Source: Dehalococcoidia bacterium
GTDB taxonomy: Bacteria > Chloroflexota > Dehalococcoidia > Lucifugimonadales > SHYF01
NCBI GenBank assembly: GCA_965248595.1
Contig: CBDFJM010000007.1
Coordinates: 383,133-447,132, forward strand
DNA: 64,000 nt
Direction of reading: 5' to 3'
Shown here: piece after piece, positions 34,280 to 44,146 of the stretch
How positions within the stretch are numbered: the stretch's first letter is position 1
Layout of the letters: each line of letters opens with the position of its first letter
Notes under the pieces: model-generated
What the model saw: the letters and a program-made list of their open reading frames with translations, nothing else
Database searches by the model: none
What the model was told of the DNA's origin: nothing
Translations under genes and position numbers: made by a program

Positions 34280-37200
34280 ATGAACACCAGCGTAGCGCGT
34301 AACCGTCGTGTGGGGCTTGCAGTCCTTGCCACGCTGGCCGTTGTTGCGGTCATCCTCCTTGTCCCTGGAATCGCCCTGGGCCTGTCATCCAACTATGACA
34401 CCACCAAGGACATTTACAAGGTAGGAGAGGATGTTGTAGGCAACGCATCCATCCTGTTCAACGGTGCAAGTGAAGAGGTAGCCCAGATTGCATCTGTCAA
34501 GCTGACAGTGCAGCCCAAGGCCGGCAGCAGCAAGCCCGGGTCAGAGTCCTTCTTCGATATCGTCTTCCCCATCGACATTGGCAACCACGACCTAACCAGC
34601 TCTTTACCGGCCAACATGCAGAGCCGCGGCTCCACTCTGGAGATCGATGTGACCTGGACCGACCTGGGGCCTGCAGCAGGCGGTTACGCCGTTGGGTACA
34701 AAGGCGCCACCAATAACGCCCGCATTGACTTCGTGATCCGCTGGACACCCCCCATAAAGAAGCAGGTAGTGCCTGCTGCGCTTACCCCCCTCAACGCACC
34801 TGTCGTAGCCTTCCCGAATCCGGGCGCTGTCGTAGGTGGTGGCGCTACACTCAACACGAATTCGCAATTCGCAATCCCCGGCTTCGACCCTGTAGCACCA
34901 ACAGGCGCGACCGTGCTGGGCCTGGCCTTCGACCGGTTCAACGGGACGCTGTTGACCTTGATGGACAACCCTATCCTCGCAGGTAACGACACCATCCTGG
35001 TGGTTGATCCAACATTCGGGTTCATTTTGGACTCGATCGACACGGGCACGCCTGACGCCGAGGACGTAGCCTGGGTTGCGGAGGCTGTCGACTCCGCGTC
35101 CCTGCCATTTAGCTTCGCCGCAGGAACGGTGTGGGTCGCCATCCAATCGGGCGGCACCCAGCAAATCCAACAGGTTGTGCCACCGGCATCGACAGACACG
35201 CCTATCTCACTCTCGGATGGTCTGCCCCTCAAAGGTCTGGGTGCGTTCTCATATTTGGACCCGTCCGACAAACAGTACCTCCTGCCATCATTTTTCCAGT
35301 CCAACCCAGACCTGGATATCCCTGTTCACCGGGTGCAGCCTGACACCGGTGTAGATGTTTCGACCATGTTTCTCCCCGCCGGTCCCACTGGCGGCGGCTA
35401 TAACGATGTGGTGGTCAACGATGCGACGGGTGGTCCACCAAGCGGCCTTGGAGCCTTCGGCGATAAGCTGGGCGCGTTCGACATCCCCAGCGGGTTCTTC
35501 CTGGGATTCAAGGACGTGTTGGGCGACGGGTCTCCTCTCAACAATATCGTAGGCCTGGCCATGGATTCCGCCGGCACTCTGTTTCTTGCCGATCAAGCCT
35601 CGCCGGGCACAATTTACTCTGTTAGCCTTTCCGGAGGCGCTGGCGGTGGCGGAGAGTTCGCGCGGGCGATCACCAACGACCCTACCAACATCTTCCTGCT
35701 GATGGACGACACCGGCACCGCCGGCAAGGATGAGATCTTGAGGACAGATGGTGCCGGAACCGAAGTGAACCGGTACGACGCCCCTAGTTCGGAGCATGAA
35801 GGCTTGGCCTTCCTCGGCGGCTTCTTGTACACAGTGGACAACGGCACCTTCCCGCACAAGCTGTACAAGCTGGACCCGGCGACTGGGGCCGTTCAGTCAG
35901 GCTACCCCAAGGACCTGCCGACCTTTGTTTCTGAACTGGGAGGCCTGACCGTCAACGCCGCAGGCACCAGGCTTATAGGTGTGGACCGGTTCTCAGACGG
36001 GCTGTACGAGATTGACCCCGCCACCGGCTCTGTCACCTCCACCAAGACCATGGTTGCTACTGGTTCTGCATTCAATCCCTTTGGCATGGAGGGCCTAACA
36101 CTGGTGACAGGCGCTCCCACCAGCCCGTTCCTCCTGGGCGCTACAGGCACAGGCTTCTTCTTCATTAATATAGACACGGGTAGCATCTTCAACTTCAATC
36201 CGACCTCCGTATTCCCTCCATTCAACATTACGGGTCTGACGCAGCGCGGCACCGATATCTTGATGACCGACGATTCGCAGCAGGTGTTCCGGGCCAGCAT
36301 CCCAGGAGCGCTTACACCGGATGACACTGTGGCCGGCGACTATGAAAGCATCTTCACCGTTACGCTGGACCCGGCCGGTGGCTCGCCTACGCCTGTAACC
36401 GCGCCCTTCACCATAGAACGCGTGGCCACTCTGACAGTCACCATCACCGATCCTAGCGACGGTGCGGCCTTCACCAGCACTCCCATCACTGTCAGCGGCC
36501 TGGTGAACGACCCGACAGTGAAGAAGGTTTCGTTAGGCATTGACTTGCCATCCACTGACCTGCTTGGCCCAGCCGACTTCGAAGCGGATTCAGAGGGCTT
36601 TACCAATACAGGTTTGTGGCACCGCACCAACGACTTTGGCGGCCAGCCGCCACGGGCCATCGGCGACTGGTCTCTGGGCTACACCCGTGACACCCTTAAC
36701 GTGGGCACTGCACCGGCCGGGCCTCTCTACACATATGAGACCCCAGGTGCACCAAACAGTGGTACCTCCACCAGTGATACCTTCACCGTTGGTTCAGGCA
36801 CGAAGCTGATCCTGTCGACATGGTACGGCACAGAGCCCAACTTCTTCGGCCCTGGTGGCGGTGGCGGCGAACCTCAGTTTGACGGCAAGTACATCAAGAT
36901 CGCACCTGTTGGAGGTACGCTCCAGACCCTCGCCCAGATTGTGAGCTTCCCGCCTCCTGGTGGCGGCCCGCCGGGCACGGTGTTCAAACAGACCTCCTTT
37001 GCCTCGTGGGACCTGGTTTTTGTCCCGCCATTCTTTGAGAACTTTACCACTGGTGATCCCGTCTTCACCAAGGTGCAGCTTCCCCTGGATAGCTACGCTG
37101 GGCAGGATGTGGCCGTCCAGTTCTTCTTCGAAACAGTAGACTCGTTTGGCAACGACCTCGAAGGCTGGTCCGTTGACAACATTGGTGTCACCGGCGCTGG

Positions 37201-38887
37201 CTCAGCCGGTGACCAGCTCGTTGACGTGGTCAACGGCGTCTTCAGCGGCGAGTTTGCACTGGCCCCAGGCAGCAACGATATAAAGGTGACGGCTTCAAGG
37301 ACCGCCTATGACCCTCAGACCGTATCCGCGACGGTTACGGTCTCCCTGGACCTAAGCAACCCCATCCTACGGCTGCTCCTCAGCGAGGACGTGAACGGCA
37401 ATGGAGCGCTGAACACCGACGTGGACATCGATCTTGATGGGGATGGCACCTATGACATCACCATTGACGAGGACATAAACGGAGACGCCCTAATAACCAA
37501 ACTGGCAAATGGCGCAGAGCCGCTGGTCACCAAGACCGCCGCCCAAACGGTATTCGGCGTTTTCCAGGAAGCTAACCCTGTCCTGCTTACGGTGACACTC
37601 AACGGCAAGCTGGTGCTGTCGTTGAAGAGCGCCAACCTGGATCCAACTAAACCGTCCTTCTCCACGGCCATAAACCTTGTCAATGGCCTCAACACCATTA
37701 CGGTCAGCATGAAAGACGCTGGTGGTCTGGAGCCAGATGCTGCCGCCAAGGACGCCAGCGATAACCCGCTGAACAAGCTGTCCGTACAGGTTACCCTGGA
37801 CAACCAGGGGCCCTCGCTGACAGGCCTGGGCACCATATACCCGTTCACCGCCCTCAAAGGCAAGTCCGGCGACCCGGTGGTGTACCAGGTAAACGCTACA
37901 GATGCCGAAACCGGTATTGCCAAAGTGGAGATACTGGTTCCAGCAGTCAAGACCATGATCTCTGCGTCGGACACGCCACAGGTGCTGAGAGACCAGTGGG
38001 GCACCACAGGCAACTACCTGTTCCCTTCTATTATTGCCACCTCGACGCCGCCTGGTAGCCAGTCTTTCATAGTCAAGGCGACAGATAACGCTGGTAACAC
38101 CACTGTTGGTGCTGTGCAGGCCCAGGTCAACGCCAGCATGACGGCTTGGAACTCATGCCTCCAGAGGAACGGGAACCTGATCGCAACACCCATTCAGCCC
38201 ACTGACGGTACTCTGGACACGCTGCTGAATCAGAAGGTGTTCAACGTCAGTGCGGCGTTTAAAGCCACCCTTGTAGCCGCAGGAGAAGGCGGTGGAGACA
38301 CGAGCATAGAGTTGGATGCCGACGGCGACGTGACACTTCGCAATGTCATAGAGACTATCCAGTACTGGACCGGTGGCACTGGCGGAGCGTTCACAATATA
38401 CACGCCAAACACGACGGTTCCCGACACACTGACAGTGCTGGCGGAAGGAAAGGGGTACTGGGCATTCACCAAACCTGGCGCGTTCAAGTCGGCAGACCCT
38501 CTGCCAGGCTTTACGGAGAGCAGCTTCTCGTGCATGAACCTGACCATAGCTGGGCAGTTCCTGGCCGCGGGAGCCGTGCCTCCCACCTTCGCCCAGTTGG
38601 CGGGATGGAACACTGTGGGTGCCCATACTGAGGCCGACTCGAACGTGATTCAGTTCCTCAAAGGACTATCCCCAGAGGCGCAGGCTGCGTTAGGGTCATC
38701 GTCATCTCTGCTGGCGTTCAAGAACGGCATAGAGTTCAATTATGCCAATACATCGGACAAAGCCATCAATGACCGCGTGACTCAGAAGCTTGGCGCTTTC
38801 GAACAACGGTTCAATAATTCTGATGTTGTGCTCAGAGGAGAAGGGTTCTGGCTGTTCCTGCTTGCAAATGGCCTCCTCATTCCGTAG
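34280..38887 (+). CDS. Giant secreted/anchored protein (1535 aa): N-terminal signal-anchor, beta-propeller-like region, jelly-roll/Ig-like domains, Asp-rich Ca-binding-like segment
   Basis: N-terminus MNTSVARNRRVGLAVLATLAVVAVILLVPGIALG. It has repeated ..LY(K/E)(L/I)DPATG(A/S)V.. propeller-type blades, ..DVNGNGALNTDVDIDLDGDGTYDITIDEDINGDAL.., and a ..GLWHRTNDF....GWSVDNIGV.. jelly-roll-like domain. Coding periodicity is uninterrupted over 4.6 kb. Confidence 0.75.
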   Translation: MNTSVARNRRVGLAVLATLAVVAVILLVPGIALGLSSNYDTTKDIYKVGEDVVGNASILFNGASEEVAQIASVKLTVQPKAGSSKPGSESFFDIVFPIDIGNHDLTSSLPANMQSRGSTLEIDVTWTDLGPAAGGYAVGYKGATNNARIDFVIRWTPPIKKQVVPAALTPLNAPVVAFPNPGAVVGGGATLNTNSQFAIPGFDPVAPTGATVLGLAFDRFNGTLLTLMDNPILAGNDTILVVDPTFGFILDSIDTGTPDAEDVAWVAEAVDSASLPFSFAAGTVWVAIQSGGTQQIQQVVPPASTDTPISLSDGLPLKGLGAFSYLDPSDKQYLLPSFFQSNPDLDIPVHRVQPDTGVDVSTMFLPAGPTGGGYNDVVVNDATGGPPSGLGAFGDKLGAFDIPSGFFLGFKDVLGDGSPLNNIVGLAMDSAGTLFLADQASPGTIYSVSLSGGAGGGGEFARAITNDPTNIFLLMDDTGTAGKDEILRTDGAGTEVNRYDAPSSEHEGLAFLGGFLYTVDNGTFPHKLYKLDPATGAVQSGYPKDLPTFVSELGGLTVNAAGTRLIGVDRFSDGLYEIDPATGSVTSTKTMVATGSAFNPFGMEGLTLVTGAPTSPFLLGATGTGFFFINIDTGSIFNFNPTSVFPPFNITGLTQRGTDILMTDDSQQVFRASIPGALTPDDTVAGDYESIFTVTLDPAGGSPTPVTAPFTIERVATLTVTITDPSDGAAFTSTPITVSGLVNDPTVKKVSLGIDLPSTDLLGPADFEADSEGFTNTGLWHRTNDFGGQPPRAIGDWSLGYTRDTLNVGTAPAGPLYTYETPGAPNSGTSTSDTFTVGSGTKLILSTWYGTEPNFFGPGGGGGEPQFDGKYIKIAPVGGTLQTLAQIVSFPPPGGGPPGTVFKQTSFASWDLVFVPPFFENFTTGDPVFTKVQLPLDSYAGQDVAVQFFFETVDSFGNDLEGWSVDNIGVTGAGSAGDQLVDVVNGVFSGEFALAPGSNDIKVTASRTAYDPQTVSATVTVSLDLSNPILRLLLSEDVNGNGALNTDVDIDLDGDGTYDITIDEDINGDALITKLANGAEPLVTKTAAQTVFGVFQEANPVLLTVTLNGKLVLSLKSANLDPTKPSFSTAINLVNGLNTITVSMKDAGGLEPDAAAKDASDNPLNKLSVQVTLDNQGPSLTGLGTIYPFTALKGKSGDPVVYQVNATDAETGIAKVEILVPAVKTMISASDTPQVLRDQWGTTGNYLFPSIIATSTPPGSQSFIVKATDNAGNTTVGAVQAQVNASMTAWNSCLQRNGNLIATPIQPTDGTLDTLLNQKVFNVSAAFKATLVAAGEGGGDTSIELDADGDVTLRNVIETIQYWTGGTGGAFTIYTPNTTVPDTLTVLAEGKGYWAFTKPGAFKSADPLPGFTESSFSCMNLTIAGQFLAAGAVPPTFAQLAGWNTVGAHTEADSNVIQFLKGLSPEAQAALGSSSSLLAFKNGIEFNYANTSDKAINDRVTQKLGAFEQRFNNSDVVLRGEGFWLFLLANGLLIP

Positions 38888-39171
38888 TTGGGTTGTGGCA
38901 TCGTGAAGGAGGATCAAAGAGGCGCAGGCTACAAGAGGAACTGAGAATGCAGGCCCTTTGGGGTGAGATAGGGTCAGGGCAAAACGCCGCCCCGGTGACG
39001 AACTGGAAAGAAGCCCTCCTTCAGTGGGCAGCGAAGCAATCAGCTCTGCAAGCCCCGAGGAGGGCTTCCGATTGATTGAAGACCAAAGTCAACATCAACA
39101 AGGGTATTCGCAATTATGTATGCGCCGTCCTCGTTTGACAAGGTCTCTACTGAAGCCAAGGCTGGTGCCTC

Positions 39172-42100
39172 TTGAATAGGGTCGCGGCAAGCCTCGTGGC
39201 GGTGACGGCTGTCGGCACTCTTCTGCTCGTCAGACCGACAGAGGGTACGGGTCAGGCTGTCCCAACCCCTTCTCACGTATTCAACGGCAGCGTCCAGGTC
39301 GCTAGCGGGAACGCGCCTGACGGGACGCTGGTACAGGCCAAGATTAACGGCGTTGTTTTTTCCGAGTGCACCACCTCTACTGATGGCAGCAGTATCAGTT
39401 GCGTCACAACCGGCGGGTTCTACGGTCAAGGAACGGACTTGTTCGTTGTCCCCGGCGACGACACAGGCACGCTTGCTACCAAGGAAGGCGGCGTAGGCCG
39501 GAATCCCACAGGTTGTACCTTGGGAGTACCGCCCTGCGTGGCCGGAGACCCCATCGTCTTCTTCGTCGGAGGCGTGCAGGCCACCATGCTCCTGAACGGC
39601 GGTGTCACGCCGGTTGCGTCGGTGGAGTTCAGGACTGGCGGCATCGACAAAGTAGACCTGAGCATAACAGCCCTGCCTACGCCCACGTTCGCACCTACGG
39701 CCACGGCCACGCCTACTCCTGGCGGTGGTGGCGGCGGTGGTGGTGGAGGCGGCGGTGGCGGCGACGAAACGCCTACCCCTACACCTACGCCCACGCTTAC
39801 GCCTACGGCAACGTTGACGCCTACGCCTACGCCGACATTGACGCCAACTCCTACGCCCTCGGTGACTGGAACGCCTATTGGGACGCTCACGCCCACGGGC
39901 ACACTTACGCCCACGACCACACCTACGTCTACATCTACACCCACGCCAACCCGCACGGCAACGCCAACGGGCACATCTACTCCTACGCCGACACCAGCGC
40001 CGGTATCGGAGGGGTTCGAGGTCTCTAACCTGGTGGTGGCCCCAGAGCAGGTCAATGCTGGGCACCCTGTGACCATCACTTTCCGGGTGACCAATACAGG
40101 CAACACCCAGGCTAGCTACTCAATCCCAGTGCTGGTGGATGGGGCAACGGTTTTCACTGCCCAAGGCACCATACCCCCAGGCTCCAGCCGGTCCCACACA
40201 ACCAAAGTCACCAGGGTACAACCGGGCACATATACCGTTCAGGCGGGTGACTTGGCAAAGCCCTTTACCGTCCTGGCAGCCAACATCCAGTTCTCCAATC
40301 TCAACGTTCGTCCCCAGACTGTTGGCTCAGGCGACCCAGTCACCGTCAGCGTCGTCGCTACCAACAGCGGTTCCGCTGGGACCTACAACGCAGCCCTGCT
40401 CATTGCAGGGATCCAGGAATCCTCGCAGACAGGGACCCTGACGCCAGGTCAGAGTAAGACCCTGATATTCTCTGTCAGCCGGAGCCAGCCAGGGACTTAC
40501 GTCGTTTCGTTGGAAGGACTTAGTGGTTCCTTCAGAGTGGTGGCGCCAACTTTGGATGCGGTTGCCTCTCTCCCACCTCAGGTCAACGTTGACGCCGAGG
40601 CCACCGGTGTGGACGCCAATGGTGCAACAGTGACCGTTACCGGGGACACGGTGACCGTCTCAGCAACTGAGATTGAGCTGCCAATCGGTGTGACGCTAGG
40701 GACAAACCTTGATACGTTCCAGGATGACGTGAGCGGAATCACCGTAAAAGATAACATCATAGAGATCCCGCTAGCCAGGGACACAGATGGTAACGTCGCA
40801 CTCACCCTGGTCGCCGAAACCACTGGAATTGTGGGCACGGGAACCACGGCCAAGGCCCAGGTCTCGAAGCTGCGCCTGCTCACAAAGCAGCAAGAGATTG
40901 ATGTCAGCGCGGACACCCCAACGTTGGCCCAAACCGTAGCCTTTAGCGTGGACGCGGAACTGTTGAGACTGCCCACGGGTGCCACACTTACCATGTCTCC
41001 CAAGAAAGAGCTGCCAGTTACGGCAAAGGCAGGCTTTCAGCTGGTGGCCGCCGGCGCTGGCAATACCATCAAGAGCATAGGCGCGGCCGTCGAAATCACA
41101 CGCACAGGCCTTGTGAACGGCACGGACGTTGGCGAGGTCACGATGACCATGGCGGCGGACCCAACGTGGGTCGCTGAACAGGGCGGCCCAGGCGCTATCC
41201 AGATTACACGCCTGGCCGACGACGGTTCTCTGGAGTTCCTGCCGACGGTGCAGGTGGGCGTGGATGCCGAGGGCCGCATGGTGTTCGAGGCCATATCAGT
41301 AAATGGCTTCTCTATTTACACCATTCTAAGCGTTGTCCCCGCTCCCGCCTCATTCATCGTCACCAGCCTGGCCCTGGACCCGCAGGTGGCAGAACCCAAT
41401 GAGGCTGTGGCTGTTACCGCTCAGGTAGCCAACCAGGGCGCGCAGCCTGGCACCCTGGGCATCATCCTCAAGGTGGATGGGATACCGCTGGACACCCTGG
41501 ACATCACTGTGGGGCCGGGAGAGACTGGAAATGTGGTCTTCTTCCTGACGCAGGCGGAAGAGGGGACATACCAGATTCAGGTGGAGGAGCAAACCGCCAC
41601 CCTGGAGGTAGCCAAGACACTGCTCCCAGCCGTCATAGGCTACGGAACCCTAAGCGTCTCGCCCAAGCAGGTGACCCCCAATGAGCTGGTCACGGTTACA
41701 ATACAGGTCACCAACAGCGGTAACGTTGCGGGCAAGGTGGACCTCCAGGTGCTGCTGAACGGCGCGCTCCACCAAATAACTCCTATAAGGCTGCCAGGAG
41801 GACTAACGGTCCCTTTGAGCTTCACCATAGCCCTAGAGGAAGCCGGCGACTACACGTTAACCATAGGTGGTGTAAGCGATACGTTCACCGTGGCCAAACC
41901 CTTGACCAGCGCCGCCTTTACTGTCTCTAACCTCGACATCAGGCCCGCCGAGGTGAAGCCAGATGAGCGTGTGACGATTGTGGCGGTTGTGGCGAACACC
42001 GGCGACCTGCAAGGCACCTTCGACGTGGTACTTCGAATCAACGGACAGCAGGAGGCTACAGAGACGGTCACCCTGGATGGCAAGGCAACATCCCTTGCCA

Positions 42101-42588
42101 TATTCGATGTCACCAAGAGTGAGCCTAGTACATACACCGTCCAGGTAGAATCCCTTCAAGGTACCTTCGATGTCCTGAGCGTACCCACGGCCGTGCTTTC
42201 CCTGTCCGAGCTCCAGGTATCGCCCCAGGCTGTACAGGCCGGCGAGCAGGTCACCATTACGGTCAAAGTCTCCAACAGTGGGGACGCCGCGGGCAGCAAG
42301 ACGGTGACACTAAATATCAACGGTGCAGTGGAGGCGACCAAGGAAGTGACCGTTTCCGCCAACGCCGCGCAAACCGTAAGCTTCCCAGTTACGCGCGACG
42401 AGGGGGGCACATACAACGTTGAGATAGAAGGTTTGACCAGCAGTTTTGAGGTCACCAGTGCACCAGGTGGCGCACCCATAGGCCTGATCATTGGCATAGT
42501 ATTGGCGGTACTGGTAGTGGTAGGCGCAGCGGTGTACTTCCTTGTGCTGCGCAAGCCGTCATCGGCTGATGCCCCGGCTCAAAGCTGA
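39172..42588 (+). CDS. Giant surface protein (1138 aa): signal peptide, beta-sandwich module, Gly13 + PT linker, six CARDB-like repeats, PGF-pre-PGF-like insert, C-terminal TM anchor
   Basis: TTG start, [21 protein letters not shown] 13-Gly run (39721-39759) and a long T/P linker follow. Six ~85-aa units of the type VSNL.V.P..V..G..VT....V.N.G...G.......nG........l..g......f.v......GtY.v...gl...F.V are CARDB-like. It ends ..[36 protein letters not shown]. Confidence 0.8.
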   Translation: MNRVAASLVAVTAVGTLLLVRPTEGTGQAVPTPSHVFNGSVQVASGNAPDGTLVQAKINGVVFSECTTSTDGSSISCVTTGGFYGQGTDLFVVPGDDTGTLATKEGGVGRNPTGCTLGVPPCVAGDPIVFFVGGVQATMLLNGGVTPVASVEFRTGGIDKVDLSITALPTPTFAPTATATPTPGGGGGGGGGGGGGGDETPTPTPTPTLTPTATLTPTPTPTLTPTPTPSVTGTPIGTLTPTGTLTPTTTPTSTSTPTPTRTATPTGTSTPTPTPAPVSEGFEVSNLVVAPEQVNAGHPVTITFRVTNTGNTQASYSIPVLVDGATVFTAQGTIPPGSSRSHTTKVTRVQPGTYTVQAGDLAKPFTVLAANIQFSNLNVRPQTVGSGDPVTVSVVATNSGSAGTYNAALLIAGIQESSQTGTLTPGQSKTLIFSVSRSQPGTYVVSLEGLSGSFRVVAPTLDAVASLPPQVNVDAEATGVDANGATVTVTGDTVTVSATEIELPIGVTLGTNLDTFQDDVSGITVKDNIIEIPLARDTDGNVALTLVAETTGIVGTGTTAKAQVSKLRLLTKQQEIDVSADTPTLAQTVAFSVDAELLRLPTGATLTMSPKKELPVTAKAGFQLVAAGAGNTIKSIGAAVEITRTGLVNGTDVGEVTMTMAADPTWVAEQGGPGAIQITRLADDGSLEFLPTVQVGVDAEGRMVFEAISVNGFSIYTILSVVPAPASFIVTSLALDPQVAEPNEAVAVTAQVANQGAQPGTLGIILKVDGIPLDTLDITVGPGETGNVVFFLTQAEEGTYQIQVEEQTATLEVAKTLLPAVIGYGTLSVSPKQVTPNELVTVTIQVTNSGNVAGKVDLQVLLNGALHQITPIRLPGGLTVPLSFTIALEEAGDYTLTIGGVSDTFTVAKPLTSAAFTVSNLDIRPAEVKPDERVTIVAVVANTGDLQGTFDVVLRINGQQEATETVTLDGKATSLAIFDVTKSEPSTYTVQVESLQGTFDVLSVPTAVLSLSELQVSPQAVQAGEQVTITVKVSNSGDAAGSKTVTLNINGAVEATKEVTVSANAAQTVSFPVTRDEGGTYNVEIEGLTSSFEVTSAPGGAPIGLIIGIVLAVLVVVGAAVYFLVLRKPSSADAPAQS

Positions 42589-42721
42589 TAGCTCCGGCAG
42601 CTAACACATGCCCCATCCGGATCATTCTGCTGGATTATCGGTGATGTGGAACCAGCCCACGGAGCCTTTCCTGATCTCTTGGGCAGGCTTTGCCCTTCCT
42701 TCCACGAATACCCTATAATGG

Positions 42722-43657
42722 GTGCACAACTTGGAAGGCTGGTATATCGCCATAGAAATCGTCCTCAGTGCTCCCAGGGGGTTTTGCGCCGGCGTGGTGC
42801 GGGCCGTTGACGTTGTGGACCTCTGCCTAAAGCGCTTCGGCCCCCCAGTCTACGTCCGCCACGAAATCGTCCACAACCCCCACGTGGTTAGTGAGCTAAG
42901 ACAGAAAGGAGCCATTTTCATTGAGGATATTCAAGACGTGCCTGTGGGCCAGACCGTGGTCTTCTCCGCCCACGGCGTCGCACCATCTGTGTGGGAAGAT
43001 GCGAGGGCCAGGAACCTGCACATCATAGACGCCACATGCCCTCTTGTGACCAAGGTGCACCTGGAGGCCCTGAAGTATGCGCGAGATGGATACACCATAA
43101 TCCTGGTGGGACATCGCGGCCACGATGAAGTCATAGGCACAATGGGCGAGTCGCCGGACAATACGGTGCTGATAGAGACCGCGGAGGAGGCTGCGGAAGT
43201 CCAGGTGCCGGACCCCATCCGCGTGGTGGCCCTCACTCAAACGACGTTGAGCGTGGACGATACCAGCGAGGTTATCCGCATCCTCAAGAATCGGTTCCCC
43301 GCGCTGGTGACACGCAACGACATCTGCTACGCCACCACTAACCGACAGGAGGCCGTGAAAGCTATGGCCCAAGAGGTGGATATGGTGCTGGTCATTGGGG
43401 CGCAGAACAGTTCCAACTGTAACCGCCTCCGGGAGACCGCCCAGGCCGCCGGCCTGCCAGCCTACCTGATCAGCGGAACGGAAGAGATAAACAAGGCGTG
43501 GTTTGATAGCGCAAAACGGGTAGGAATTACCTCAGGCGCATCTACTCCAGAGCGGCTGGTGACGGAGGTAATGGAGGCGCTGCGTCCTCTGCACGTGAGC
43601 ACCCTCCAGGTGGCAGAGGAAAACGTATCATTCTTGCTGCCCAAGGAGCTACGCTAG
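42722..43657 (+). CDS. ispH: 4-hydroxy-3-methylbut-2-enyl diphosphate reductase
   Basis: ..IVLSAPRGFCAGVVRAV..VYVRHEIVHNPHVV.. are present, with the three conserved Cys regions. The start is ambiguous (GTG 42722 or TTG 42731). Confidence 0.9.
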   Translation: MHNLEGWYIAIEIVLSAPRGFCAGVVRAVDVVDLCLKRFGPPVYVRHEIVHNPHVVSELRQKGAIFIEDIQDVPVGQTVVFSAHGVAPSVWEDARARNLHIIDATCPLVTKVHLEALKYARDGYTIILVGHRGHDEVIGTMGESPDNTVLIETAEEAAEVQVPDPIRVVALTQTTLSVDDTSEVIRILKNRFPALVTRNDICYATTNRQEAVKAMAQEVDMVLVIGAQNSSNCNRLRETAQAAGLPAYLISGTEEINKAWFDSAKRVGITSGASTPERLVTEVMEALRPLHVSTLQVAEENVSFLLPKELR

Positions 43658-43736
43658 GAGCCAATCCGCCTTCGTTTTCTGGCGAGCCTGTGACCCTGTG
43701 CTATACTGTCACCACCAATCCGCCAGGAATAACCCC

Positions 43737-44138
43737 ATGCTCACGGATAAGTACTCCACCCGCCGCTACGACGTGCAGGACACAACCAGCATTGATTCGC
43801 AGGTGCTGGAGCACATCCCCTTCGATTACCCGGGATCCGCCACCGACGTGCATTACGAGACCGAGGAGTTCACCGCCGTATGCCCTTGGACTGGCCTGCC
43901 TGACTTTGGCAGAATGGTTATCACCTACAGGCCTCGGTATCGCCTGGTAGAGCTCAAGTCCCTGAAATACTACCTTACCTCTTACAGGAACGTGGGCATC
44001 CTTCAGGAGCACGCCGTCAACCGCATATTGAATGACCTGGTGTCACTCATTGAGCCGGAGTCTATGGTCGCAGAAGCTTGGTTCAATGAGAGGGGCGGCC
44101 TGCGTACGCACGTAAGGGCCCAATATCCTCTCTCCTGA
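43737..44138 (+). CDS. queF: NADPH-dependent 7-cyano-7-deazaguanine (preQ0) reductase
   Basis: It has the catalytic Cys context ..EEFTAVCPWTGLPDFG.. and the QueF motif ..ELKSLKYYL... The ATG at 43737 lies downstream of an extended -10 (tgcTATACT, about 43699-43707), so the ORF-track start at 43698 is unlikely. Confidence 0.85.
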   Translation: MLTDKYSTRRYDVQDTTSIDSQVLEHIPFDYPGSATDVHYETEEFTAVCPWTGLPDFGRMVITYRPRYRLVELKSLKYYLTSYRNVGILQEHAVNRILNDLVSLIEPESMVAEAWFNERGGLRTHVRAQYPLS

Positions 44139-44146
44139 CATCAGGC

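Noticed and set aside
38893-39075. 60-aa ORF between the second and third surface-protein genes
   Set aside because: It has a GTG start with no SD and an odd composition. The region contains a 10-bp inverted repeat (39010-39019 / 39059-39068), which more likely represents a 3' structure of the upstream giant gene.
39040-40106. Two long reverse-strand ORFs (341 aa and 226 aa) rich in R, G, V and P, plus a 209-aa plus-strand ORF in another frame
   Set aside because: They lie antisense or out of frame to the Gly13 and Thr/Pro linker of the 1138-aa gene. Their extreme low-complexity composition is what a GC-rich repeat produces in the wrong frame, and they have no start context or domain signal.
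43658-43736. Possible preQ1 riboswitch upstream of queF
   Set aside because: I could not find the conserved preQ1-I/II core, such as a CCC...AAAAAACUA-type tail. The leader downstream of the extended -10 is only ~25 nt.
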